Positions 1-9,439 of a stretch of 64,000 nt of DNA are shown here, in pieces. This DNA comes from a virus, in IMG/VR virus record IMGVR_UViG_3300010389_003143, positions 1-64,000 of that record, one strand, 5' to 3'. How positions within the stretch are numbered: position 1 is the first letter of the stretch; every line of letters starts with the position of its first letter. The translations under genes were made by a program, and so were the position numbers. Under the pieces are notes generated by a model. The model worked only from the letters and a program-made list of their open reading frames with translations, did not search any database and was not told where the DNA came from.

Positions 1-486
1 TACAGAAGGAGTCCAATCTTCTAAGGTTGGTCCAACGATAAAAGTTTTTATTATTTGATGATGAATATCATGATTAAATGATATTTGATATTTTAAGCGA
101 TCATTAACTGATAGTATTTTATAAAAGCTGATTCCTTCAAGAATCTTCTTTTCTTTTTCAAGCTCAACGCAATCCAAAAGATTAGGTCCAAGAATTATCT
201 TTTTTCCAGTGTTGCTAGCCTCCTTGAGCCTTCTTCCTAACCTCGGAGTTAATCCACTCCAATGATGAACTAAATCTGCTCCCTTTATGCTTTTAAGATA
301 AGCTTCTGAGTTTTTCGAGGAATAAAAAGAAACCCCTGGAATTTTCACTTCATTTTTAAGATCTAAAAATAAATCTATCTTACAATGAGGCGCCATGGCT
401 TTGCAAAAATTATAAAGAGACATACCTGGCCCATTTGTAAAGCTTTTTGTTGGACCAAAGTTAAATGCAAGAACGGTTAGCTTCAT
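1..486 (-). CDS. Glycosyltransferase-like protein (GT-B type N-terminal half), runs off the window edge; absent from the ORF track
   Basis: Hand translation from ATG at 486: MKLTVLAFNFGPTKSFTNGPGMSLYNFCKAM...ADLVHHWSG...KIILGPNL..., open to position 1. Confidence 0.55.
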   Translation of the reverse strand, partial: MKLTVLAFNFGPTKSFTNGPGMSLYNFCKAMAPHCKIDLFLDLKNEVKIPGVSFYSSKNSEAYLKSIKGADLVHHWSGLTPRLGRRLKEASNTGKKIILGPNLLDCVELEKEKKILEGISFYKILSVNDRLKYQISFNHDIHHQIIKTFIVGPTLEDWTPSV

Positions 487-504
487 GCGCTTATTTTACT
501 CTAT

Positions 505-536
505 AAAAAAAGAGGGAGCCACAAAGTGGCTCCCTC
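505..536 (-). terminator. Rho-independent terminator after the 692-aa LamG gene
   Basis: Perfect 11-bp stem GAGGGAGCCAC/GTGGCTCCCTC (512-536), followed on the minus strand by 7 T. Confidence 0.85.
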
Positions 537-578
537 AGGGTAAATTTATTTAGAGGATTATTCTAATAAATTAATCGA

Positions 579-2657
579 CTAGAGTCCGTCACCGTAGATT
601 GCCGCGACCTCGGCGTCTGACAGGCCTCGGCTCCAGATGGCGAACTCTTCGATAGTAGCTTCGAGATTGCCATATGTACCTAGACGGCCCAACTGCATCT
701 GCTGGTTCAAGCCGGTCAGCGTGCCACCACCGGTGCGGGCTTCCTTGAGTACGCCGTTGAGGAATATCTTGAGCGTGCCGGCTGTGTACGTCACCGCGAG
801 GTGATTCCAGGCCTCGCTGTTGTAGAATGATGCGAAGTCGTTATCGGGAGCAACATCTACCCAAAATCCATTGTAGGCGCCGACGAATGCGCGGATCCCT
901 TCGCCAGGCCCCTGGAAGTGCAGCCCGACACCCTCATTCCAGATGAAGTCGTTGCTGAAGCCCCAGATGGCGTCGTACTGGGCCGGCGTCCAGCCTGCAT
1001 CTCCCTTGATCCAGAGCGAGACACTGAAGTCGTCGCTGGCGGACAGGAATGTACTAGCCGTGCCGAGATCGATGTAGTCCGATGTGCCGAACTGGTAGGC
1101 CTGCGACCCGAATAGACCTGTTGTTAGGGTCGCACCGTTCACCGTTCCGTTCCGGCCGTTCCCGGAGGTGTCGTTCGCGTTGCCGTCGAAGTGGTAGAGC
1201 CCCTCATTGCTTGTCATATTGAATGGCGTCGTCGCGCCATTGTCCGGGAATGGTGCTGGCGTACCAGCCGAAGGAGCTGCCATGGAAGTTCCGTCAAACC
1301 AGTTTGTGATATCATCAGTTGAAATGATTGTCTGAGGACCTGGAATTGCACCGTCAGCAGCATACCACAGTCCAGTATCAGGGAAGTAGTTGATGTCCCA
1401 AACATTGCTTAGCGCTGCAAGCGCAGGCTTGATGCTGCTCGTAACAACAATCGTTCCAGCTTCTGCATCAACGTAAGTCGCAGTCGGAGCCCCGGCGTTT
1501 TTGCCGATTGCAATAATTCTGCCGTCCCCATCTGAGGATAGATCAACAACGTCTGCCGGGAAGCCATCGGCCGTTAGATCTCTAACGAGGCTTGCGGAAG
1601 AAATCGTGTCCCAGCTGTCTGCGCTCTGGGCCTTGAATAGTTTGCCAGTGTTATCGAGAATAAAAACCGTTCCTGGGTTGTTCTTCTTCTTTCTGATGAC
1701 CTGGCACTCTGATCCAAACTCAGGAAGTATTGCAGAAAGGTCGTGTGAAGCTGAAAGGGTTGCGTTGCCGGTTCCGACTGCTGCAGTTACAGCGTACATC
1801 ATTGAGCCGATTCCAACCAGGGCTTTATCCGTATTTACGATCTCAACAGTCTCTCTTTCCTTCTTGGGGCCACCCTGAAGGGTGAGCGCAACGCCCGGAG
1901 AATCAGAAGGACTGGAAGCAGCACTGATGCTGTAGGATCCATCATCGTAGCTTAGCCAGAATCTTTTCTTGAACTTTCTTACTCCAGCAACACCGGATGT
2001 CCATTCACCACCCTGGCCTGCACTATAAATAGCTGAAACCTCAGCTGAAGAAAGGGCTACTCCATCCCATACTGCGACATCAGCAATTGAGCCTGGCCAA
2101 TCATATGTGCCACTCCCATTGTAGCCACCAAATCTCCACTGGTTGCTATCAGCGTTGCCCCACGCTGCAGAGGGCCATGCTGAGGTATTTTCAAGAACAC
2201 CATTTACATAAACCTTCATATCGCCAGCTGCAGAATCTTTTACAAGCATGACATGAATAGGGGCTCCGACTGCCCAGCCAACAGTGCTTACCCTCGGGCT
2301 TATATGGCCTGCTGGCGGCTGGTGATAATAAAACCAAAATTCATTGCCAGTATGATTATTGAAAAGCAATGAGCCAGCCGGAGGATAGTTTGTTGCATTT
2401 GCATCGCTAGCAATGTAATCATACCTATCTGTTGCCGCACTAAGTGTGGTCCAGAAAGAAAAGGAGCCATCTCCGGTTTGCCAGTTCATTAGAGCACCGA
2501 AAGAAGCTGGCATATTAAATTCGCCAGTACGACCGGCTGAAGAGAAGTCTCCAGCAGTAACCGCTGTAGCTGAATCGCCAGTTACAGATCCCGCAAAGTC
2601 ACTTGTCAGCAGGAATCTGTCACTTGGCTGTGTTATATTAGACATATTAATCCTCAT
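579..2657 (-). CDS. Virion fibre/adhesin with two LamG (concanavalin-like) domains
   Basis: LamG motifs HVMLV..KVYVNG..GSIADVAVWD..LSSAEV and WNHLAVTY..IFLNG..IEEFAIWSRGLS; likely start near 2645 (MSNIT). Confidence 0.75.
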   Translation of the reverse strand: MRINMSNITQPSDRFLLTSDFAGSVTGDSATAVTAGDFSSAGRTGEFNMPASFGALMNWQTGDGSFSFWTTLSAATDRYDYIASDANATNYPPAGSLLFNNHTGNEFWFYYHQPPAGHISPRVSTVGWAVGAPIHVMLVKDSAAGDMKVYVNGVLENTSAWPSAAWGNADSNQWRFGGYNGSGTYDWPGSIADVAVWDGVALSSAEVSAIYSAGQGGEWTSGVAGVRKFKKRFWLSYDDGSYSISAASSPSDSPGVALTLQGGPKKERETVEIVNTDKALVGIGSMMYAVTAAVGTGNATLSASHDLSAILPEFGSECQVIRKKKNNPGTVFILDNTGKLFKAQSADSWDTISSASLVRDLTADGFPADVVDLSSDGDGRIIAIGKNAGAPTATYVDAEAGTIVVTSSIKPALAALSNVWDINYFPDTGLWYAADGAIPGPQTIISTDDITNWFDGTSMAAPSAGTPAPFPDNGATTPFNMTSNEGLYHFDGNANDTSGNGRNGTVNGATLTTGLFGSQAYQFGTSDYIDLGTASTFLSASDDFSVSLWIKGDAGWTPAQYDAIWGFSNDFIWNEGVGLHFQGPGEGIRAFVGAYNGFWVDVAPDNDFASFYNSEAWNHLAVTYTAGTLKIFLNGVLKEARTGGGTLTGLNQQMQLGRLGTYGNLEATIEEFAIWSRGLSDAEVAAIYGDGL

Positions 2658-2724
2658 TTAAATAAATTATAGTTAAGGAACATAACCTACAAACGAGATA
2701 TTAACTTCTATTTTTTAAATTAAT

Positions 2725-2732
2725 TATTAGTA
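2725..2732 (-). promoter_or_regulatory. Putative phage late-promoter element TACTAATA
   Basis: Same octamer at 4222 (+) and 9432 (-); CTAATA variants upstream of other genes. Confidence 0.4.
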
Positions 2733-2754
2733 AAAGACGTTTATGTTTTAAATA

Positions 2755-3396
2755 TTAAACGATGATATCAGCTATGCCTAACTCTACCGCCTCTTCTGCT
2801 GATAGGTAAATATTTACTTTTTTATTTAGCATTCTTCTTAGCTTTGCTTCTGTCATATTTGTCTCTTCTGCAAGAGCCCTAATATAAGCTGTTTGGGTAT
2901 ATTTTATTTCTGACATTTCATTTTGAAGATTGTGGAATGATCCGGCAGAGCCGCCTATAACGGAATGAATCATCACTCTGCAATTTTTGCCTATTTTTCT
3001 TTGCCCCTTTGTTCCCGCAGCTAGAAGAAGAACTCCTGCCGACATGACCTTGCCTAGACCGTAAGTAATTATATCGCACCTTTCCCTGCAAACTCTCATT
3101 ACATCGTAAATGGCAAACATATCATCTGCGCTACCGCCTGGAGTTGATATCAAAAATTCCATCGGTAATACCGCCTCTACAACATTAGAGTCTGGATCAT
3201 CAGGATTTTCGGCAAATCTAATTGTAGCTGTATCTGCCAAATCAATCATCGAAACAACTACGTGAGCAGCCTTAGCCTCTTCCAACTCTCCATATAACCC
3301 AAAGATTCTAAGATCTTCATTCTTATCTAGAATAATTTGTTGATCTCCCGCTGGATTCTGATTTTCAGAATCTTCGAGCTTTTTGAATTTGAACAT
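2755..3396 (-). CDS. clpP: ClpP-like protease subunit
   Basis: ISTPGGS, GKVMSAGVLLLAAG (Ser), RVMIHS (His), YLSAEEAVELGIAD. Confidence 0.88.
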   Translation of the reverse strand: MFKFKKLEDSENQNPAGDQQIILDKNEDLRIFGLYGELEEAKAAHVVVSMIDLADTATIRFAENPDDPDSNVVEAVLPMEFLISTPGGSADDMFAIYDVMRVCRERCDIITYGLGKVMSAGVLLLAAGTKGQRKIGKNCRVMIHSVIGGSAGSFHNLQNEMSEIKYTQTAYIRALAEETNMTEAKLRRMLNKKVNIYLSAEEAVELGIADIIV

Positions 3397-3477
3397 AAGT
3401 CATTATCTCCTGATTTATATTAATATAACACTTAAATGTAAAGATATTCTACTCTTTTATAGGTATATTTAAAGAAA

Positions 3478-3939
3478 ATGATTGAAGATAAAATTATAGC
3501 TTTATGCAAATGGTTAAACAAAAATGGACATAAAAAGCAATCTTATGAGCTTTTTGACATAGTCAAGAATTCTGGGATAGAAGTTAGTGAGCACCCACTT
3601 GCAGCAGCTGTAGCTCTAGAGATTCTTCCTCCCCATGTATTGGAAGCACTTTGTGACAAAGAAGAGGGAAGAAAAGAAGAAGAAGAAGAAGAAGAAGAAG
3701 AAGAAGAAGAAGAAGAAGATCCTATAGACGAACTGTTAAAAGAGATTAGAAAAAAAGCTGCAAAAAAGAAGAAAAAGAAAAAAGACAGGACCCCAACTAA
3801 GCCTGAGCTGTGGAGCGCCTCTAAAGCTTGGGCTAAAAGAAAGTATGATGTATGGCCAAGTGCTTATGCTGTTGGCGCTGCCCTAAAAAGATACAAGGAA
3901 AAAGGTGGCGGTTGGCGTGGTCCAAAGCCAAAGAAGTAG
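3478..3939 (+). CDS. Tagged small basic phage protein (N-terminal helical tag, poly-Glu linker, PSAY..YKEKGGGW domain)
   Basis: C-terminal WPSAYAVGAALKRYKEKGGGWR motif is typical of large-phage basic proteins. Confidence 0.65.
   Translation: MIEDKIIALCKWLNKNGHKKQSYELFDIVKNSGIEVSEHPLAAAVALEILPPHVLEALCDKEEGRKEEEEEEEEEEEEEEDPIDELLKEIRKKAAKKKKKKKDRTPTKPELWSASKAWAKRKYDVWPSAYAVGAALKRYKEKGGGWRGPKPKK
3676..3717 (+). repeat. Perfect (GAA)14 microsatellite encoding poly-Glu
   Basis: 14 uninterrupted GAA codons. Confidence 0.95.
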
Positions 3940-3947
3940 GGCAAAAA

Positions 3948-4217
3948 ATGATTCAACTCAATAGACTTCCTGATCTTTATACTTATCTTTTAAGTCTAGG
4001 CTTTAAGAAAGAGGCCGATGCTGTTTTAGCATTAACAAAAACTGCTGTTTTAAAAAGACTAAAAAGAACTACAAGAGGTAAAGGCAAAAGAGATCGCATG
4101 GAATGGGCTCTCGTATCAAAGTCTAATCCTAAAAAGATTTTAAAATGGTTTGGGCCAGAAAAGCCTACTAAAAAAGAGGTAGCTAAAGAAGAGCTCAGAG
4201 TTCGTACTTTTGGATGA
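3948..4217 (+). CDS. Tagged small basic protein (89 aa); real start ATG 3948 rather than 3852
   Basis: MIQLNRLPDLYTYLLSLGFKKEADAVLALTKTA followed by WALVSK..KILKWFG; starts 8 nt after the upstream stop. Confidence 0.65.
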   Translation: MIQLNRLPDLYTYLLSLGFKKEADAVLALTKTAVLKRLKRTTRGKGKRDRMEWALVSKSNPKKILKWFGPEKPTKKEVAKEELRVRTFG

Positions 4218-4221
4218 TAGT

Positions 4222-4229
4222 TACTAATA
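4222..4229 (+). promoter_or_regulatory. Putative late-promoter element TACTAATA
   Basis: 25 nt upstream of the ATG at 4254, which has an AAGGAG RBS. Confidence 0.4.
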
Positions 4230-4253
4230 TAAAAATTAAAAAAGGAGTTTAAA

Positions 4254-4706
4254 ATGATTAAAGATTTAATTGCTGTCGCAAATTCATTAGATGAAAAAGG
4301 CTTAAGGAAAGAGGCTAATGCCTTAGACGAAATACTAAGAAAATTAGCTTCTGATACAAAATACGACAAAGAAGGGTTGGAGCTTCCTTTTGATGAAGCT
4401 CTGAGGGAAATAGAGCGGGAGGGCTTGCCTGAGGCCGATGAAGAACTGGAAGCAATGATACGCAAAATAGTTAAGGAAGAAGTAGAGGGGCGACTGATGG
4501 CTATAAACCAAGCTTACTTCCAAGAACCCGGGGGAATTGGAGGCTTTCAAGTAGGACCCGAGGGCGGGCGGTCAAGCCTAATTGCAGAAGCGAAAAAGAA
4601 GCCTACAGATAAGCAGCTGAAAGCACTAGATCTTGATGGGGATAGCGAGATAACTGGAAAAGATTTTAAACTTCTAAGAAAAAGAAATAAAAAGAGCAAA
4701 AAATAA
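4254..4706 (+). CDS. Tagged hypothetical protein with C-terminal EF-hand/dockerin-like motif
   Basis: N-terminal tag LDEKGLRKEANALDEILRKLAS; C-terminal LDLDGDSEITGKDFKLLR. Confidence 0.65.
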   Translation: MIKDLIAVANSLDEKGLRKEANALDEILRKLASDTKYDKEGLELPFDEALREIEREGLPEADEELEAMIRKIVKEEVEGRLMAINQAYFQEPGGIGGFQVGPEGGRSSLIAEAKKKPTDKQLKALDLDGDSEITGKDFKLLRKRNKKSKK

Positions 4707-4708
4707 AA

Positions 4709-5533
4709 ATGAAAAAAAAATCTGATTTAGATCGCTGGTTTAAAGAAAAATGGGTAGATATTTCCAAGAAAGATAAGTCTGGAAAGCATCCACCTTGCGG
4801 AAGAGCTGATGCCGACAAGGGAAAATACCCGAAGTGCAGGCCCTCAAAAAGAGTTACAAAAGAAACTCCCGTAACCTCAAAAGAACTTTCTAAATCAGAA
4901 AAGAAAAAAGCCGTGAAGAAAAAGCGCAAAACAGAAAAGAAAAGATCAAAGCCTGCAGGTGGCGGGTCAAGAAAACCTAAGAGAGCACCCAGCATTAAAA
5001 AGAAAAGCCTTTATAAGCTGCTTGATCTTGCTGCTTTCATCAAAAGCGCTGGACTGTCTGAATCGAAAAGTGTATTTGATTTAATCAAGAAGATTGCGAA
5101 GGAAATCTGTCCTCCGGCCACTCAGGATATAGATTTAAATACAAAAAATAGAAATCTTACCAGAGATAAGCATAATTATGGCCCGCTAAATCCAGCAGAG
5201 CCGAGCGATGACTACTGGAAGGATCTTGCTAAAAAATGGAATGGAACTAAAAAAGAGGCAATGACATCTCGATGCTCAAATTGCGTCGCCTTTGATGTAA
5301 GCCCAAGAATGAAAGAATGTATGCCACTGGTCGATGAGGGTCTTGAGGAAAAGTTTGGAAATGATCTACCAGGATTTGATTTAGATAAGGCTAAACTTGA
5401 ATTCGGATATTGCTGGATGCATCACTTCAAATGCCTGTCAGCAAGAACTTGCGACACTTGGGCTGGCGGCGGACCAATAGATGATGACGAAAAATCATTT
5501 GAATGGCAATCAAAAAATAAATTTGAGGAATGA
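4709..5533 (+). CDS. Two-domain phage protein (basic LDRWFKEKWVD domain, internal tag, Cys/His-rich domain)
   Basis: CGR..YPKCRP; RCSNCVAFD..GYCWMHHFKCLSARTCDTW. Confidence 0.65.
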   Translation: MKKKSDLDRWFKEKWVDISKKDKSGKHPPCGRADADKGKYPKCRPSKRVTKETPVTSKELSKSEKKKAVKKKRKTEKKRSKPAGGGSRKPKRAPSIKKKSLYKLLDLAAFIKSAGLSESKSVFDLIKKIAKEICPPATQDIDLNTKNRNLTRDKHNYGPLNPAEPSDDYWKDLAKKWNGTKKEAMTSRCSNCVAFDVSPRMKECMPLVDEGLEEKFGNDLPGFDLDKAKLEFGYCWMHHFKCLSARTCDTWAGGGPIDDDEKSFEWQSKNKFEE

Positions 5534-5536
5534 TCT

Positions 5537-6214
5537 GTGGCTGGAATTCATGGCAAATATCTTAAAGTTTTGGCCAAACACCTTGACTCAGCAAACTTAA
5601 CAAAAGAGTCAAGGGAGGTCTCCAATTTAATGTCAGATTACATTGGGCACGCAAAAAGCTCAAAAGAGAAAAAAGAAATATCTTCTCCAGAAGATGTCTA
5701 TAACCTCCTAAAAGAAACTCCAAAACCGAACATTTACTTGGACAACCCTATGGGTTCAAAAAAAGGCTTTGGAAATAAAAAGCGTAAACTTCCATTTGAT
5801 TATGGCGAGTTTTCTAATTGGATTAACCCCGCCGATGGAATGGGTTGGGATATAATTATTCCTCCGTCTAACCGTAATCAAACAAACTTGATCCAGGTTG
5901 GTATAGTAAAAGTAAATCCAAATAAAAAAACCTGGAAAGAAAAAGCCAATAAAAAGCCGCCGGTTGGCAACGACAAAATAATCGTTGCCTCTAATGGCGA
6001 GATTACAGAAGAAGACAAAAAGATAATAGAAAGCTTCTTTTCTGATATGTGGCAGTTCAAAGAAGTAATCTGGTTTGAATCAGATAAGGATAGTATTGAT
6101 TTTGCCAAAGATAAAGGAATTACTTTCTTTCGAACAAATTTAGACTATGGAGAAAGAGAGCGTCTTAAACAAAAAAGTAAGAAGAATAAAAATAATATAA
6201 AACTTAATGATTAA
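5537..6214 (+). CDS. Tagged inorganic pyrophosphatase-like protein
   Basis: PFDYGEF..NPADGMGWDII..GNDKII resembles family I PPase NYG..DGDPLD..DDKII. Confidence 0.5.
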   Translation: MAGIHGKYLKVLAKHLDSANLTKESREVSNLMSDYIGHAKSSKEKKEISSPEDVYNLLKETPKPNIYLDNPMGSKKGFGNKKRKLPFDYGEFSNWINPADGMGWDIIIPPSNRNQTNLIQVGIVKVNPNKKTWKEKANKKPPVGNDKIIVASNGEITEEDKKIIESFFSDMWQFKEVIWFESDKDSIDFAKDKGITFFRTNLDYGERERLKQKSKKNKNNIKLND

Positions 6215-6305
6215 TTGAACAAGGTTATAAGCATCCAGGTCTATTGGAAAACTATTAATTAACAAATATTATTATGCATTCACCCGATAAGTTTGGAGTG
6301 TAAAT

Positions 6306-6587
6306 ATGACCTGGACATTATACGATACGCCCTGTTTTGCAAGCGCAGAAGGAACTCTTGCTCCCGGCCACGATAATGGATTGGAGGTGATTAAGGATAT
6401 TACCTGCTTTGTGCCTATGGTTCGAGCGAATCTTGATAAAGAACGTGGTCGATTTATCGTGCTGCTTCCTGATTCGGTAACTTCGGTACCTGAATCATGG
6501 ATTGCTAAAACGCGAGAAGAAATACAGGAACAGTACGGTGTGGGAAGCGAGTTCGATATGCACCCTATGCCGGGATGGGAGGTATAG
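6306..6587 (+). CDS. Hypothetical protein, first gene of a 3-gene fibre cassette
   Basis: GGAG RBS; abuts the next gene (TAG-ATG). Confidence 0.6.
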   Translation: MTWTLYDTPCFASAEGTLAPGHDNGLEVIKDITCFVPMVRANLDKERGRFIVLLPDSVTSVPESWIAKTREEIQEQYGVGSEFDMHPMPGWEV

Positions 6588-7697
6588 ATGGCAATGGTTT
6601 GGAGTTGGGCCTTCGGAAACGAGGCGCAGACCCAGCTGGAAACAGCGGGATTTGTATTTACTACTGGATCAAATGGAGCGAGCGCATCCCTTGCAGCATC
6701 GTCGTCTGACGTTTATACTTACTCGGGTAGCCCAACCAGATACTCGCTTACAGCGGATGTAGATAACACGGGAAATGCTCCGTTCTACCAAATAGCCATG
6801 CCTGGAACGGCGATATCCAAGGTTGGTGATTCAGGCATCTTTACAATGGCATATCGAACGGCGAACAACACTGACTGGGACCAGACGTTCATCAAGCGTT
6901 TGATGTCTATCGAGACTGCGAACAACTCGAATGCAGCCTTCATCGAGACGGATCCAACGGGTACGGTAAGCCTCTATATCGACAACACTTTTAAGGGTAC
7001 TTCTGGAGGCAGAGATACATCTAACTGGGGGTTTTACGCCCTTGTATTTGATGTAAGCACAACTACATTCACTGCATCCATTTATGTTGACGGCGTTTTG
7101 CAGGTATCCGGATCCGATAGCGCTTCAGCCTCATCGCCGGGTAACATTACTTTGGCAGCATCACAAAGTACGCAGACTGGAGTCGGCGTTTTCGGCTCAG
7201 TATGGGGGCAGTTCATCTTATACGATGACCCTGTTGCGGACCTTGCAGATGCGGTCAGTCCCGACAACTTTGTTACGCGAATTGTTCCTAATGCCAACGG
7301 CGGAGGAACAGTTGGCACATGGTCTCCAACTGGAGCCGCGAGTAATTGGCAGGCAGTAAACCCGCCTATAGATACAACAACTTATGCGGGTATTGCCTCT
7401 CCATCTGCTTTGGATCGACTTGAGGTAGATACGGCGAACGGAACAAATCTTCAAACTCTTCTAGGAATCAATCCAAATTCAATAAAGGGAGCGACAGTTC
7501 ATAGTATCAGCAACGCTACATCAGGAACTGCAAAAGTCGGCATTCAAGAGGGTGGATCAGAAACCTTATCTACAGCTCAGCCAGTATCGACCAGCGATAC
7601 ATATTTGGCTGAGTCTGTAGCAAATAACCCGTCAACTGGTACGGCATGGGTCGGAGCTGATCAGCCCATTCTAGTCTACGAAATCGATTCGGTGTAA
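6588..7697 (+). CDS. Virion structural/fibre protein (lectin-like beta-sandwich)
   Basis: S/T/G-rich; LYIDN, SIYVDGVLQ motifs; GGAGG RBS. Confidence 0.6.
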   Translation: MAMVWSWAFGNEAQTQLETAGFVFTTGSNGASASLAASSSDVYTYSGSPTRYSLTADVDNTGNAPFYQIAMPGTAISKVGDSGIFTMAYRTANNTDWDQTFIKRLMSIETANNSNAAFIETDPTGTVSLYIDNTFKGTSGGRDTSNWGFYALVFDVSTTTFTASIYVDGVLQVSGSDSASASSPGNITLAASQSTQTGVGVFGSVWGQFILYDDPVADLADAVSPDNFVTRIVPNANGGGTVGTWSPTGAASNWQAVNPPIDTTTYAGIASPSALDRLEVDTANGTNLQTLLGINPNSIKGATVHSISNATSGTAKVGIQEGGSETLSTAQPVSTSDTYLAESVANNPSTGTAWVGADQPILVYEIDSV

Positions 7698-7700
7698 CTC

Positions 7701-8867
7701 ATGGCCACTGAAGCGTCAGGGCTATGGTCGACATTTGTGCATTCCGTAGAAGGCCCTTCTGAAGTTAGCGAGCTTTGGTCTACATTTGTCCACAGCGCTG
7801 AGGGGCCGGGGGAGCTTGGCGGTCTTTGGTCAACGTTCGTACACACAGTTCCAACGATTACGGCGATCATCAGTAACACGCCTGCCACGGGAACGGTAGG
7901 GTCACCCTTCACCTTTATCGGCTCAAGCAGCATAGGCTTATCATACTCATGGACAGTCACGAGCAAGCCAGGAGGCTCTTTTGTTGGAGAGCCTATACCA
8001 TTCCCTGACAATGGTGCGACCACGCCTGTCAATATGACCGACAATGAAGGGCTTTGGCACTTTGAGGGGAATGCAAACGATACATCCGGTAATGCCCGAA
8101 ACGGTACAGTGACAGGAGCAGCGCTCGTAACAGGTTACGTCGGGTCGCAGGCTTATCAGTTTGGAACCAGTGACTATATCGACTTTGGTGCGGCCAGCAC
8201 TTTTCTTTCTGCTCCAGACGACTTCTCGATCTCTATCTGGATCAAGGGTGATGCGGCATGGACTCCTGCTCTCTACGATGCGGTCTTAGGTTTTTCCAAC
8301 TTTTTCACTTGGAATCAGGGCGTTGGGCTTTATTTCACTAACGCGAACACGCTACGGGTATTTGTGGGGGCTTATAACGGATTCTTCACCGAAGGTACGT
8401 TGGGCACTGTAAGCGACTGGAACCACGTTGCAATCACCTACATTGGCGGTACGCTTCGACTCTACATCAATGGAGTAGAAGCATCGAACAATACAGGCGG
8501 AAGCACTCTCACTGGGCTGACCGATGTATTGCAAGTGGGCCGACTTGGGACCTACGGGAACCTTGAGGCAACTCTGGATGAATTTGCCATCTGGAGTCGC
8601 GGCCTGTCTCCTACAGAAGTTGCCGACATCTACTCCCTCCAAACAGGGCCGGTGACAGATGCCGCCAACTTCACCTTCACGCCAGACCTAAATGGAACGT
8701 ATGACGTTCAGCTTGAGGTGAGCGGATACGACGGAGGCGGATTCTCAACGGACACGGCGACTGGTACGTTAGTCGTATCTGCAGTAACAGCAGACTCAAG
8801 GCTGCAAGGCTTTACCGTGCAGGGCTTTGAGCTTCAGGGAAGCGGCTTTAGTCTTTCGAAAAAATAA
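7701..8867 (+). CDS. Fibre/adhesin: 3x17-aa repeat, then a PKD/Ig-like domain interrupted by a LamG domain
   Basis: LWSTFVH repeats; SYSWTVTSKPGGS...FTFTPDLNGTYDVQLEV flank the LamG motifs. Confidence 0.7.
   Translation: MATEASGLWSTFVHSVEGPSEVSELWSTFVHSAEGPGELGGLWSTFVHTVPTITAIISNTPATGTVGSPFTFIGSSSIGLSYSWTVTSKPGGSFVGEPIPFPDNGATTPVNMTDNEGLWHFEGNANDTSGNARNGTVTGAALVTGYVGSQAYQFGTSDYIDFGAASTFLSAPDDFSISIWIKGDAAWTPALYDAVLGFSNFFTWNQGVGLYFTNANTLRVFVGAYNGFFTEGTLGTVSDWNHVAITYIGGTLRLYINGVEASNNTGGSTLTGLTDVLQVGRLGTYGNLEATLDEFAIWSRGLSPTEVADIYSLQTGPVTDAANFTFTPDLNGTYDVQLEVSGYDGGGFSTDTATGTLVVSAVTADSRLQGFTVQGFELQGSGFSLSKK
7719..7847 (+). repeat. Three 51-nt (17-aa) tandem repeats LWSTFVHxxEGP
   Basis: GLWSTFVHSVEGP / ELWSTFVHSAEGP / GLWSTFVHTVPT, with diverged synonymous sites. 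Confidence 0.85.
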
Positions 8868-8884
8868 ATATAAATATATTTAAA

Positions 8885-9415
8885 CTATCTCTTTAGACTT
8901 CTCTTTAGGAGATATGCGTTTGTTTCGTGAGAATTTGCGGTTGCCATCAAAAAGTCATCTAGGCCAAGAGTCATCTCATTAGACTTGGTGATACTCTCAT
9001 AAGCATCTTCCAGGATCTTTTGCATAAACTCCTCGGACTCTAGCCCTCTCTTTATTGGGCATTCGGTCTCTGCCCATTTTTTGCATAGCATGTGAATCTT
9101 TTCGGTTTGCTCAACCATGTCAACTCCAGCATCATCCTCAAAGCAAACGAGCTTTTCTGCCAGAGTATCTATCTCGTCTTGAACTGACTCGTATAGCCTC
9201 TGGAACATCAGGTGCTCAGAATAAAATGCCATACCACTAGATGTCCAATGGGATGTCTGGTAGCTTATATATTGGGCACGTAGCGATGCAAGAACGTTGC
9301 CAAGATGCTCCTTTAGGCCGCCACCTCTTATTGAGCCTTCTTCTTCCTCTTCTTCTTGAGCCATCTTTAGCATTGATGATTTTCTTGATATTAATTTTTT
9401 CATGTTTTGATCCAC
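8885..9415 (-). CDS. dps: Dps-family mini-ferritin with N-terminal leader
   Basis: YQTSHW..FYSEHLMFQRLY..EIDTLAEK ferroxidase signature. Confidence 0.85.
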   Translation of the reverse strand: MDQNMKKLISRKSSMLKMAQEEEEEEGSIRGGGLKEHLGNVLASLRAQYISYQTSHWTSSGMAFYSEHLMFQRLYESVQDEIDTLAEKLVCFEDDAGVDMVEQTEKIHMLCKKWAETECPIKRGLESEEFMQKILEDAYESITKSNEMTLGLDDFLMATANSHETNAYLLKRSLKR

Positions 9416-9431
9416 CTATTAATAAATAAGA

Positions 9432-9439
9432 TATTAGTA
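9432..9439 (-). promoter_or_regulatory. Putative late-promoter element TACTAATA upstream of dps
   Basis: Third exact copy of the octamer. Confidence 0.4.

Noticed and set aside
594-8633. Diversity-generating retroelement TR/VR pair
   Set aside because: Differences between the two LamG copies are spread over synonymous positions rather than being adenine-specific, both copies are coding, and there is no reverse transcriptase in the window.
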